Assembly: GCA_001244265.2 (NCBI GenBank)
Contig: CDLV01000016.1
Span: 124,001-188,000 of the forward strand
DNA from: Microbotryum violaceum
Taxonomy: Eukaryota
DNA: 64,000 nt
Reading direction: 5' to 3'
Below are positions 11,669-24,900 of this stretch, one piece after another (positions within the stretch are counted from its first letter, which is position 1; each line of letters opens with the position of its first letter). The position numbers and the translations under genes are program-made. The notes under the pieces were generated by a model. The model had not been told where the DNA came from. It did no database searches and saw nothing but the letters and a program-made list of their open reading frames with translations.

Positions 11669-13688
11669 TTCAAAAAGCTTTGCCCTACTCAGAGATATCC
11701 GGCCCCTGATATCAGTGCAAGGTCTACTAACACTTTCAACACTTCCCGCTCCGGTAGCTCCAACCAACCCGAAGGATTGCAAGTTATGCTCGTCGACTTC
11801 CATCTAGTTTTTCCGTCGGCCAATCAGGGGGAACAGGAATCGGGGGCAATATGATGAACTGTTTCTACAATAAAAATAAACATAATAAAAATAATAAATC
11901 GAGCCGCGGCTGCGTGTCCATTGGATTGTCACATGCTCTCGGTGCCCTTCCGCGGGAATCTATGGAGCGTGTGCCTGTGCGGAGTAGGCCGTGTTTCGCA
12001 GTTGCAGTCATTGGAGGGTGATCTGGCGTTAATTGGTTGTGAGGGGTGGCGGCGGGGTTTTGGTTACCAGAAAGAGGGAAGGCATCGCGGCGCTGGCGCA
12101 GTGTATTGGGGCACAAGGGGTATGTGATTGCTGCGTTCGAAGGGGGTTACATTCCCACTTTGAGTACGTGATCCTCATTCGGATCGAGCACGGACTCGTG
12201 CCAGCGGAGGCTTTGTTCGGGATAAGGCAAGTAATCAGAGGGATTGAAGGGGTTAGGAGGCTCGGGAGGCGGTTCTAAGTCGGAAGGTCGAAGAAGGTTC
12301 CAACTGTACAACATCTCGGACGGCGGAAAAGAGAAGAAAAGCTACGGAAAAACTTGCGCGCGCGCCGACCGCACTCCCGAACTCCCTAGTACCCCACTGA
12401 CAATAAACCATACCTAGAATGCCTTGATGCGCCAAACGCCCAAATATACCAATTTTCACATTTCCCCTTAGAATATTGCTTTAGCATCTCGCTCTATAGC
12501 ATTGGAGAATCTGGAGTAGCATCCCTCCACTTACGTCGCATCACTCGTACCCGCGAGACTCCTCGGCTCCACCGCGATTGAGAAGGAGCGTGTCATTCCG
12601 AACCCGGCGAAAAATCATCCCAACGGGGACGCAATCGACTGAATCAGAAAAGCCGCTCTCAGCTCTCGTCCAGGACAACATCAAGTGGATGGTAGCAATG
12701 CCGTCTGCGAGGGCACTCGCAGCAATCAACGAGAAGCCTTCATCAACGGAGCACTCGGAGGTCAGAAGCTGCACGGAGGGGGCGGGAGAGTCCTCTTATT
12801 GACGAGGAAGAAACATAGGGGAAGAATGATGCCCGCCTGCTTGTATCTGCTCTGATAAAAAGAGTTCGAATGGTTAGGTCAGACGGCACGGAGCTGAACG
12901 CGCGCCGCCCTCAAGCTGCCGCCTCTTCAGCTGCACGCGCAGCGGACATACTGGAGTTTCTGGATGATCAGCGTCCCTGCGTCATTAGTCAAAGCTGTAG
13001 ACCCGCTGCGGCAAGTAATATCCCCTTCTCTTCTTCTGACTGTCCATCTCAGTCAGTGCTGTAGGCCGAAACAGTGAGCATTTCCGTTGGCGCAATGGCC
13101 CAGCTTTTCGCCGCCCTGCTTTGACTCGTCAGGGTCGTCGAAAAGCGAGCACCGATAGTGTGGCAATAATCCTTCAGAGGGTGGGAAACACTAAGCTGCG
13201 CGTCAAAACATGCAACCGAGAATGTTCTTCGGTACTCTAGAGCTCTCAAACTTTCCGCCTCGCAAGTGGACAAAAGGCCCAGCAGGGGAATGACTCCGCA
13301 AGACGCTCACAAGTAGGAAGCAATCTTTAAGCGTTTTCTGAATCGTGTCCGTCAGGGGTATAGTCTTGGGAGCATGACTGTCTGTGTGAGGCTAAAACAA
13401 TATCTGCCATGGAGCCTCGAACCCAACGAAGCGACCTCGGAACACAAATTGGCCCACTTTTGATTGCATGAAAACAGTAAGTACTGGAATGGTCTCAACA
13501 TAGTGTTCCGCCGTGCGAATTATGCAGCTAGATTTCACGGTGCATCGACCATTAGCTCGGCGGCATTAGCTCAAAACTGCCCGGCAGTGCCCCGCGGCCT
13601 CGCACGATCTAATACCAAATAGCGTCGAGGACTTGACGTCGGTCTGCCTCACCCCTACCCGACACGACACGCCAAACCCAATCAAGAA

Positions 13689-14520
13689 ATGGCCCACGCA
13701 GCATCCGCATCCTCATTCTGGTCACTCGACTACACACAAGCGTAAGGCATACCCACTCTTGAGCTCCGGAACGTGTGAACAGACACTGATCGCCGCTCAT
13801 ATGGTCCTACAGCACGCCTTCGATGTCCAAGTCGACTCTCGACCCTCCTGGTCACGTCGTGCCGTCCTCGCTCGAAGTACGCTGCATCTCGGGCATTCCG
13901 TATCGTTACAGCGACTAATCAGGCGATGTATCACAGTCATCCGCACATTCGGCTTTGATAAAGACCAGCGATCTTTCCGGGTTGCGCCAACAAAAGGCGT
14001 GGGAGATCGCACTCGCCCCGGCCAAGAACGTGCCTATGCAAGGTCAGCAGCTTGAACACCTACACCAAGTCTTGGATGAGTTCTTTTCTGACCTGTCTGT
14101 GTCTCCGCTTCCGCCTTGCCAGCTTTTATGATGTACATGACCGGAGGTGGGGTGCAAATCTTCTCCGTCATGAGCGTGTGGTTCCTGCTCAAGGGTGCAG
14201 TACAGGGTATATTCTCGGTACAGCAAGGTCAGTTCATAAGTCTGATGTTATACAACACATGCGGCGACCTCTGTTCTGAACAGCCTTCTCTTTCTTCGAT
14301 AAAAAAAAAAGTGTTCGCCCCTTTCGCCTCGAAACCCACCACGACCGGGACCTCGACCTCGGCCGCCCCATCGCTCCTCAACCAAAAAGCCGTCTTCATC
14401 CTCTGCCAAATTGGACTCCTCGGCGTTGGTCTGTGGAAGTGCAACTCGATGGGCCTCCTACCAACACATCAAAGTGATTGGCTAGCCTTCACCGAACCGA
14501 TGACGTGGGAACCGTTATAG
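13689..14520 (+). CDS. EMC4: ER membrane protein complex subunit 4 (spliced)
   Basis: Spliced reading MAHAASASSFWSLDY...QQKAWEIALAPAKNVPMQ|AFMMYMTGGGVQIFSVM...LWKCNSMGLLPTHQSDWLAF matches EMC4/DUF1077 signatures. Confidence 0.9.
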
Positions 14521-14766
14521 GGTCGTCGAGAGCTTTTTGTATTTTTTCATGGGTGTACTCGTGCTTCGTTCTTGTATTCCTACTATTCCAACTTCTTGGA
14601 GACCTCAATTACATTAGATGCAAGGAGAGACCATGGGCTCGATCCATGTATATGAAACCCACTCGATCCCTTTACCTTCACCGACGGACGAAAGAGCAGT
14701 CCCCTACCTGCGTTCCTTACTAATACAACACGTTCCTTGTCCGACTGATGGTGGCCAACTCTTTCT

Positions 14767-17700
14767 TCAAAGCTTGGCTCGAGTCTTCTTATCTGAGGCT
14801 TCGTTCGCGAGCCTCTGCTTCTTCTTGCGTTCGTACACCCCTCGGATCAACATCTTGAGCTGCTCGTCTCCACTATGAAAGTTGGCTGCACGAAATAGAG
14901 AGAACATCAGCCGCGAGCAAACGTCTTTTTCCGCCTCATCGGATGGTATCACTCACCTCTCGCCAACCGAATCAATCGCTCCGTCTCATCTTCCGGGTAC
15001 TCGAAACGCCAAGTCGACCACACCTCGCTGACATTCTCCAATTCGGGGCCCGAGGTCAGAGGGTAGTAGACGAGTGAGATACCGTCCCTTTCCATTACTT
15101 GTTGAACGGTTGGGTTGTCGTTGCGACACGGGGCATCTTCGTCCTGGGTCGAACCGATCCAGATACTGCCGGGGTGTGCGAAATAAATGGTCAGCAGGAG
15201 GATCGCCTCAACGCCTCAATGCCCCACCGACCGACTCACTTGCACTTCCCCAAAGGCGGTTCCCCCTCCTGACTCGTCGGTAACTTATCCACCGTCTCCT
15301 CCTCCCCTTCCTTCCTCACCTCCTCCCCCTCGTTATTCAATTTCATGCTATGCGGTGCCGAACCCACCGGTGGTCTCTGCGGATTGATCTCTTGTTCCTT
15401 ATGCTCTATCCCCCCGTTCGCTAACTTGGCTTCCTTTTCTTGCAACTTGGCCGCATCAACTTTCGAAGCCGCTTGATCCGAAGAGGCCTTCTTGTCTTTC
15501 TCATTCTTCTCCTTGGAACCCGAAGAAGCTTCTTCCTTGAGGTCCTTGAAAAGCCCTTTCCAATCGACCCTAGGCCACGATTTCAACTCCCTCGCTTCGG
15601 CGTACTGATGCGCCGTCTCGAACCACAGATCTTGCGAATCGGCCGAAGCATCCAAAGCGATCGCGATATCGACGTCGCGACGAAAGAGGGGGACGTAAGG
15701 TATGTTGAGGTTCGCTCCAGCGTCCATGAAACCTAGAGAGGTGAGTTGGGTGATGTCTTGGGGTGCACCGGGCCGGAGTTTGCCGGCGAGACCTTTGAGG
15801 AAGTTGGGGAACTCGGCGGGAGGTAAGGGGTGGATCGAGTCGAGTTGGGGTTGGCGGTCCATTACTGTAGGAGGGAGGTAAAATTTGAGAATTTGAAGTG
15901 TCTTCGCAAGTGCGATTTTGGATAAGCAACTAACCAAAGCTGTTGATGGTGTCAAAGAAAGGGAGCGTCCCCAAGACGGGTCTGATCTCCTTGAAATACT
16001 GCGCGGAGCACTCATTCTTCCAGTCAGCATTTGGATCCCAAGCCTTCATCACCATTCCTCAAACTCACACTATACAGCGTCGCGCAGAAAGCGCTCGCAA
16101 AGACCCCGGACATGATCGTCAACGACAACTCGGGTACCCGTTCGACACTCTTGCCATTCTCGAACGCCCTGCCCAAACTCCACGTTGGGATCCACGCCCC
16201 CAACTCGTCGCACCCAACTTCATGAGGTGTCGTTTCGAACCACATCCATCTCCCCTCGAGCAGCAATTCCTCCTTCTTCTCCTTGGCCCCTTTCCTTTCG
16301 GCATCGGTACGATTCTCATCCTTACTTTCCGAATCAGCTTTATCGACTTCAGCGGCCCGAGGGATCTCATGGCGAATGGTGCAGTAGATGGGGAGGGGGT
16401 GCTCGCCCGAATCGATGTGGACTCGCTGGTGCGAGATCTTGAGGTTCTCGAGCGAGAGTTCGGCCTCCGGGTCGTCAGGGACGTAAAGGCGAGAAGCGAC
16501 GGCCGTTCCGTACGCGTCAACGAGGGAAAGTGTTCCTGCTTTACTGGCTCCTTTCAAAATCGCACCTGACAGAACGTACTGCGGAAAAGGCAACGGTCCG
16601 AAGATTAGCGGTCGAAGGTTTGAACTCTGTACATTACCGGTCGTCACGATACGCACCTGGTTCGTTTTCGGTTGAATGAGCCATTCGAGCGTTGTCGGAT
16701 CCAAAAAGTGTTGCTGCATCCTCTTTTTGATGTGGTCCAGAGTGCGATCAATATTGCCTTCTCCAATCGAATAGTAGGTGCTGATGGCCTGAGACGAATC
16801 ATACGTCAGTCGCCGCAAAGTCCAAAGCGAGACTAAGTTGATCCTTCCCGCTCACCCAGCAGCTTCCACTTATGGCCGAGACATACGACACGACGTCCCA
16901 CACGCCACTTTCCTGAGCTGCCTTGACACTCCCCAGCGTATTGACCATGGCCCTATAGCCACCCCCACTCCCCGCCATAGCAATGACTGGCAAATCCCTC
17001 ACGTCAATTTCTTCCTCGTGCAGATCCATCAATCTGGCGAAATGAACCTTCATCCTCTCTTTCCGTTCCCTCAAGAATGCCCTTTCCGCAATACCAACTT
17101 CGGTCCCCAATCGAACTTGAGCATCCCACGCTAACTCGGGATGAATGGTGATATCATCCTTTTGAGCGAGGATCGCCGCTCGAGCCGAATCTTCACCGCC
17201 TTCGATCTCTTTTTGAATCAGGTCCAGGGATCCGCGCAGGGTTTGGAAGGCTTTGACCCAGGAGGAGGAGGAGAGGGAGTGGACGAGGTCCTTGGGGAGG
17301 GAGGGGAGGGAGGGTAACGAGTTGAGGGAGAATAGGCCGGTGCTTGAGGGGGTCTAGCGGATAGAGGGGGGCAAGACATGTCAGCAGGATGACTTGTCAG
17401 TATCTAGATGCTGTGTGCAAATGATCTAGGGCCGGTTGTTTGCTGCACCCCCAGCGCTCCTGCAGCCAGCACTCCACTCAGACCGGCCTGCGGGAGGCAC
17501 GTGAAAGGCATCCGGCACACCCTCCGCAAGCCGTAAGACCGCCCTCTCCGACTAGCAACTGCCAGCCCACCTCACCTCTTTCCCGTCCCCCTTAGCCTCC
17601 TCGCACAGCATATTTGAACTGCTCAGGTACCTCCTCCCTGCGAGCGTGAAGACTCCAGCACCCGTGACGACTGCGGCGGCTGTTGCGAAGCCGATGCCTC

Positions 17701-17872
17701 CGGAGCTTGCAGAGGATGAGCTGGGATGATGACGACGGGAAGACGAGAGAGTGGCCTGGGTCGATGTCGATAAGCTCCTGTTGGGTGGTGTTGATGAGAC
17801 CGCGGTTGTAGTCCTACACAGTGAGCGTGTCGAAAACATACCCCGGGATGTCAGACGATGCAGCACGGCCAT
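14767..17872 (-). CDS. cPLA2/lysophospholipase (PLA2_B-family) protein with a mitochondrial-presequence-like N-terminus (spliced)
   Basis: SGGGYRAM, nucleophile SAISGSCW, WFETTPHEVG, catalytic FMDAG, RRDVDIAIALDASAD. Arg/Ser/Thr-rich, acid-free N-terminus from the ATG at 17872. Confidence 0.88.
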
Positions 17873-18144
17873 CTTGAACCCTGTCCCAGATTCGCACACA
17901 AGACAAATCTGCTGGTTGCTCGAAGGGTCGAAAAGCGAAGAGCGCCGACCGACTAGCGCTCGGCACCGCCGCCGGAAACGAAACGGCGCTGAAACTCATG
18001 AGTTCAAAAACAGATTAAAAGACTCTTCATCGGAATCGGAAATTGGGGTTCGTATGTCGTAAAAGTATCCTCATTATGTAGTTCGTCTAGTACGGCAGAA
18101 AGCGCACAAAAACCCCGCAGAAGGCGCACCCAGAATGCATGCAC

Positions 18145-19747
18145 TCAGCACCTCCGTCGATCATCATCCCCAAATGACCGCCGTGACTTCCGAGTCTCTT
18201 CCTTCCCAATCTTGTCTCTCCACCCAACCTTGACATCAGGTAAAGAGGGTCCTCTCCCAGGTTTGAGGAACCTCACCCCATCCCTTGGCCTCGTCGCGGC
18301 TATTCCTTCGCCCAATGACCCCAGTAGATCCCTCCCCTCCGTTCTCCTCCTCCTCTTGTCCTCGATATCATTATCCACCGGCGGCACGGTCGGTATCGGT
18401 GGAGTTTTCATTCCCGTTGAGGGTCGCGACCCCTTCGTCGGTCGATACGCAATCACGACAATACACCCAACGATAAGCAGTATGAGCAAGAAGATCAACT
18501 GGCACTTCCCCGATCGACGTTGGTGCTGCGTCGCCGTCTTGAGTTCCTCCACCGCGGCGCGCACTTCCCCACCCATTTGTTCGACGTTGAAATCGACACG
18601 ATCGAGTAGGGTGCCTTGGTCAATGACCATTGAGCTGAGGTCTTTGAACAGGTCCGCGAGGTCGATGATCGATTGCGCGATGGCGTTAATTTCGGCGTCA
18701 CGTTGTTGGATGTCGATGGCGTGCGACGAGGCGAACATTGTCGTTTGGGAGGATCTTAGTGTGTTTTGTGACTAGAGGTGATGGAGCCTACATGAGCTTG
18801 AGGAAATCTCGGGCTCCGCTCCGCATAAAGTAACGATCGCCACTCACGAAGGACTCGTCCTCGCCGAGTGAGAAGAGAGGATCTTGGGAATGAAAATCCG
18901 CCGCCTTGGATTCGTGCCCTTTCAAGTCTGGGTACGAGATCGCAAGAGTCGGGGTCAGTTTGTGCTCGAATCAAGACGCGGAGGACATCATTCCAATCAC
19001 GCACGCTTCAAATAAGCGGTCTGCTTCTTCCTGAATGTCCCACTCAGTTCCTGCACCTTGGTCGCGAGGGCCGTTTGCACGTTCGCAGCCATGATGAGTT
19101 CCAAACGCGTTGATTCGGCATTGGCATGCGTGACGCGTTTTTGTAGCAGTGCGCGGGACATTTCGGCGATTTGACGGATGAATCTCTGGCAGGTACGAAA
19201 GTCCTGTTGGGGGTGTTGTTTCAATGTCAGTAGAGGCCCCACGCTGAACGTCGCAAGAGAAGAGGTTATCCGAGTATAGCGTACGCTGGTGATCTCTGTG
19301 GCCAATGCATCGATCTCCCTCTCCTCGGCCGATCGATCCTTGAACCCCGGAAGGATATGCTTGGCGTGCAACTTGTCCAGTTGTGTGACTGCCAGAGACG
19401 CCACACCATCAGTCTTGCCAATCACCGGTTCAGGCATCTTGCTACTCACTCTTGGGTTTGACCCTCTGCAACACCTCATCGACGCGATCGCTCAAATCGA
19501 CCCATCTCGGCGGCAACACCTCGACCGTCCCACCCACTGCAGCGCTTCCTCTTCGACTCGTACTCGTCCCCACACCGCCACCTGGTCCATCGACGGTATC
19601 GCTCATCAGTGCTTGGGATTCGGAGAGGGTTGGATCATCGTCGAGGTAGTGCGAGTAGGTCGAATGGGAGGGTCGGATCGCCGAGTCGCGGTAGGAAAGG
19701 AACAGATTCGTTCGCGAACGGGTCAACGGAGCTGAGGTCGACTGCAT
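18145..19747 (-). CDS. TLG2: Syntaxin-16/Tlg2 t-SNARE (spliced)
   Basis: N-peptide TRSRTNLFLSYRDS, LPPRWVD, LHAKHILPGF, SNARE motif QRDAEINAIAQSIIDLADLFKDLSSMVIDQGTLLDRVDFNVE, then a TM helix. Confidence 0.93.
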
Positions 19748-19812
19748 TGGACCGGTGATTGCTGAACACCTTTCGGTCCTTGTTTAGCGTAGGTGGCGGC
19801 GAGCGAGGGGGC

Positions 19813-19877
19813 CAACGTACACCGGCAACGTACACCGGCAACGTACACCGGCAACGTACACCGGCAACGTACACCGG
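19813..19877. repeat. Perfect 13-bp minisatellite (CAACGTACACCGG)x5 upstream of TLG2
   Basis: Five exact tandem copies read directly. Confidence 0.95.
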
Positions 19878-20365
19878 CTCGGCTCGAGCACCGCACAACA
19901 CGAGCCAACTCGGAGCTCGTGCGATCAATCGAGTTTCTCCACGGCGACGAGCTGGGATAGAGAGTCTATGGGTAACAAGGTGCGTTCTTGAAGCACTCGC
20001 CTTCGAGTGAGGCTGTCGGCGACGCTTGGGCAACGAGCGATGACGTGTGAGGAGCGCACGAAGGCGAAAGGAGACACCCGGGATGTGGGGGGCAGTCACA
20101 AGGAGCAAGGAGCAAGAGCGACGGGCTCAGAACACCACCTCTCGGCCGCTCAATCTCGCGAGAGATTCACTCTCATCCAGCTCATAATCGTGTATCACCA
20201 AAGGGGTGTGTTTTACACAGAGTGCACAGCGCACAAGAAAGAGAGAAAAAAGGCAACAGAACACATTTTCCGATCAATAATCAACAGGGCGAGGGGAGGG
20301 GATGACCTCGCCCCTTGGACCATCAAGATTTGCGGACACCTCAACAGACTCCTTCCTCGTCGTCT

Positions 20366-21451
20366 TTACAGCTTCTTGAATTGCTCCTGCTGGTCCGCCT
20401 CGTACTCGTGGTAACCCAACGCCGCCTCGGCACCGAAGAACGCGAACAAGGACACGAGCGAGGTCGTGAGCGTTCGTGCTTGAGCAGGCGTGTTCCACGA
20501 ATTGTAGATCGAGAAACCGGCCGCACCGGCCGCGGCAAGGTTGACTGGCAGATTGATTAGAGTGGTCAGTATTTGCACGCTTGAACGACTTCCACAACCT
20601 TTAAACTCACCCAAGCCGAGGATCCCGCTTGTTGCGATCGGGTACTTTCGTGCGAGCTGTCGCCCCTCTTTGTCGAGCTTCTTCGCCTTCTTTGCCAGCT
20701 CCTTGGCCTGCGTTCATCCAGCCTCAAGTTAGATCTCTTGCCTATCTCGCTCAGACTCCTTCTCTGGGCGACTCACCTCCTTATCAGCCTTGGCCTTCAT
20801 CTCCTTGCCCTTTTGCTCCGCCTCAGCTGCAACCTCCTTGGTCTTCTTCTCGGCCGTACCGTACAACTCCTTGCCCTTCTTCTCGACCTTATCAGCCACA
20901 TCCGAAGCTTTACGCTCGACCTTGTCAGCGGTCTCTTGCGACTTGCGTTCGACGGTCTTGGCCGAGTCTTTTGCTTGGGCCTGGACTTGGGCGGTGGGAG
21001 CCTGGCCGGTAACCCGCTCGGTTTCACGACGGGCTTGGGCGAGGTGATCGTCAAACTCGTGCGAGGCGTGTTCGTCGGCGTGGTTGATCGCTTCTCGCAT
21101 CTTTTGCGCCTCTTCGGCGTCGACGACTTGCAGGTGGGGCGACGAGGCAGGCAAAGTGAGCCGCGGCGGGATCGAGAGAACGGTCAAGGATTCAATTCAG
21201 TCTACGATCCTACGCTACTTCCAATGTTTCCTTGTCGTACTGACCATGGACCTTGTCGCCCTCATCGACGGTAGCCTGACCTGCACCCGCTCCAGCGTGC
21301 GAGATGGAGCCTTCGAGCAAATTGGGATCAGGCACGGCCTGAGGTCCCGAGGTGTTGTGCGAGGCGACTTGGGCGTAGGACCTGGTGCAAAGAGGAGTTG
21401 AGTCAGCTTGGAATGTTGGTCACGAGGAGGCGCTAGAGCGTGGGCTCACAT
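20366..21451 (-). CDS. OM14-like mitochondrial outer-membrane protein with LEA-like charged helical repeats (spliced)
   Basis: Start AT|G split by intron 21382-21449 gives MSYAQVASHNTSGPQAVPDPNLLEG. K/E/A-rich repeats, then two C-terminal hydrophobic helices (VNLAAAGAAGFSIY; LVSLFAFFGAEAALGY). Confidence 0.65.
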
Positions 21452-21998
21452 GGTGTACGGTTGAGCTGAAGGGAGAAGGCGAGGTAGGAGGCAGGAAGGA
21501 GCGCAACGAGGGGTGCGACGAGGGTGCAACGAGGGGTAATCGGAGGCGAAAGACAGTCAAACTTGCCAGTAACTTCCCTAGACTTCGCTCCGCCCGGCGC
21601 TCGATGCGCTCGATGACGCACGCCGTCGGCATCGACTCGCCCTCGGATGACACGCGCCACTCACCGTCTGAGCTTCTGAGCCCGCGGTCACGTCCGCCTC
21701 GCCCGAATCATGCACGCGGCGGGGGGCCGGGTCAACAAAAACCTAGGTTGCACGGGATATATAAGGTAGGAGTAAAGTCGAGCCACCCGAATTAGAAAGG
21801 AAAAGAGCAAGATAATAGGAGTGGGAAAGAAACAAAAGGATAAGGAGACTGTATATCGTCACACGGGACGCCGATCAGAACGTTCGCTCGAGAAGATGGC
21901 ACTGCAAGCAGTAAAGATAAAAGAAAAGCCATAAGGACCAACCTCGTCAACGAGCACAAAGCAAATGTCAAAGTAAGATATTCCGAGCCAACGCGCTT

Positions 21999-24900
21999 TC
22001 ACTTTTTCCGCACAAAAGATCTGCAGCAGGCGACACGACACCCGATCAGCACGCGAGATCCCACCACCGGAAGCACAGATCGACTCACTTGTTGAGCAGT
22101 GCCAACACCTTGGGAACGTTGAGGCTGACGTATTCGAGGTCCAGTAGTGCGACACCGTCCTTTTGCTGCAAAGCCCACAAAAACAGAGCAAACTTTAGCT
22201 CACTTGATCTCTGAGAGTTCGCCTGTACTCGTGGACAGGACTCACCTTCTCCAACAAGTCGTCGATCTTGAGATCCATCTCGAGGATCGCCTTCTCTCGT
22301 CCCTTGTAATGCAACGCAATAAGAAACGCTCCTGGTGTTGGAGACGAGACGAGAAAAAAGATGCTTGCACGTCTGCACGATGACGCAAGGGAGCGGTAAG
22401 CTTCTCGCCCAGGCGTCCCCTTAGACCGAATTAGACTCACCGAATCTCGGGTACGTTCGTTTCGACAATGATACCATCCTTCTCGAACTGCGCATGCGTG
22501 AACTTGAACGGTCCCAGCGCTTGACTCTTAGTCGCCTTCTGATCCTTGCCAGCCACGGAAATCACGCCTACTCCAGCGCTCTTGCCCTTCCCACCCGAAG
22601 TCTGCCGCACATTCTGCAAGTAGGCCTTGTACTGCTCCAACTGTGATCTCAAATACGCATTATGGTCCCCGATCGTCTTGTAGACCGCTTCGAGCGATCG
22701 TGTCTCGAGGACGACCTTTTCCCTCAAGTTGCCAAGGTGAATCAACTCGTTCGAGACTTCGTCCGTCAATAATTTGTACCCGTCTTTACGATCGACGAGC
22801 CGCAGTTCCTCCAATTCGCGCAACATCTCCTTGACTTTGATACCCTTGCGAACGAGCGTCGCATCCTTTGCCGTCGCGGCCGTTTCAGCGACCGTTGGGA
22901 GTAGGATGGGTTTACGCTCGGCCAATCGAGGGATCGAACGAATTAGTTGAACAAAGATCGATTTGGTTTCCATGTAGAGGATGTCGTTTTGGGTGACGTT
23001 GTTCTCGGCCATCAAGGCGGTCGTGATGTCTTGGATCGGCATCTCCCATCGTGAATAGAGGGGAAGTTCCAAGGTGCGGTTTTCCTTGCGTGGGACTTGC
23101 GCTGGCGCAGGTCCCAGCTCGTCGAGGAGAATTCGGAGATGTTGCTTATCGTTCCGAGCCTGTGAGAGGAGGAAAGTGATAATCAGCCAGAGTCACTGGT
23201 TGACCGGTTCCAGACCTCGCCGACTGGCTGACTTACCAAGGAATCGATATGCTGCACGAGCAGCGATTGCGTGTTGTACAACTCGTTCAAAGTAATGCTG
23301 ATCTGCAAATCCTTCTTGGAGAGTGCCATATATTGATCCATCTGCACAAGGGACAAACCCGCTTCTGGTCAGTTAGAAGGCTCGTACGAGTTCAGATCGA
23401 ATGCAGCCGCAACTGACCTCGAGCGTGTCGTAGAAATCTCCTACATCACACAGAGCGTTCAGGAACTGGTTCATCCGCGTCTTGTTGTTGTCGACAAAGG
23501 GATTAAGCGACATCATGTACGCCTCTTTCGAGTACGAAGGCTTGTTGGCGAGATTTTGCAGCATTTTGGCGATCTGGGAACAGGAGAAAAAGTACAAGGT
23601 CAGATGAAGCCTTGTATGGACATCTTGGCGATCGCCTGCTCACGAGTGTCAGTGTCCGCCGCGGGTGCTTGGCGGAGGCTGGCAAACTGTCGATAAGCAT
23701 ATAGGCTTGCGGTGTGACGATCGCGGGATTGACGAATCGCAGGAAGAAGAAGCCGCCGATCAACGAGCAGATCGCATAATCCGTTGCCTCCGGGTATTTG
23801 CGCTGTCGTCGGACGGCCACGTCAGCCAATTTGAACGCGATTCGTCCACAACCATCATGCACTGACCTTTGTCAAACTCCGAATCTGCTTGCAGATCCAC
23901 CTTATCCCGTACGGCACGCTGTTGATGCTGTCCATGATGGTCAAGAGGAAGCTATTGGCGATCTCCATCAACATTGTCAAGCGAGGCGCGATGATGTTTT
24001 GCACATCCGGGTTCGCGGCCGCGACTTCGGGAGCGACCGATCTGGGCAAGTCCTCGGGCAGTTCGCCCGTTTCGTCGAGGATCGAGTTGACCATTTGCTC
24101 GTAGACCTGTGAGCACAAGACGACCGCACGTTTGGTTAGCGTTCGTGTTCGCGATCTGCGTGTACCAGCTTTGTCGACCCACCTTTAAGGGGTTAATTTC
24201 GAGGTTCAGTTCCTTGTGCTCGATCAAGCTGTTGATCCGCTCGGCCAGCACGCTCTTGAGATAACTCTGTCCTGGACCTCGTCGAGTGTAAGTCGTCATC
24301 ATGCGCGAGACGGGTGTGTTGGCTCGCAGGAGGGATCCGAATTCGGTCGCCGTCTCGAATTGGGCCGAAAGCACGGACTGTCATCAAGGAAAACAGAATC
24401 ATCAATTTCCTGGATCGGTGAAAACGACAATTACCACTCACCTGGAACATGGTCAAGAGCAAATGTTCTTCGCGTGACTCGTATTGATTCCCGTAAAGAG
24501 TGAACATGACGGTTTGCAATAGCGTGTCGATCTCGCTAAGTGAGACGAGTCGGCACAGTGCGGCGATGTGGCGTGGTTCGGATTGAAGGAGGAAGAAGAG
24601 ATTCGAGTATTGCTGTCGGTGAAAGCATCGAGGGTGAGGGGGGGGGGGCGTCAGTCTGACATCAGTGATCAGTCTCCATCATCGACCTGGGACCGACCTG
24701 CGTCTTCCGATCGCCGAGCTGTGTCTCCACTCCTTCATCAACGTCTTCCAGATGTTCTCGCACTTCCTCGCGTTCATCGAGGGCCATGCGCTGTTTGGCA
24801 TCGTGAAGGCCAGGAGTCAATTTTGTGGTCAGGGAAGCCCTCAGCCCAAGCTCAGTCGAGCGCGGACTGGTAAGGACCGCCAGAGGTAGGGACTGACGTT

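Noticed and set aside
18145-18450. Long post-TM extension of Tlg2 as a novelty
   Set aside because: Lumenal C-terminal tails are already known in fungal Tlg2 proteins.
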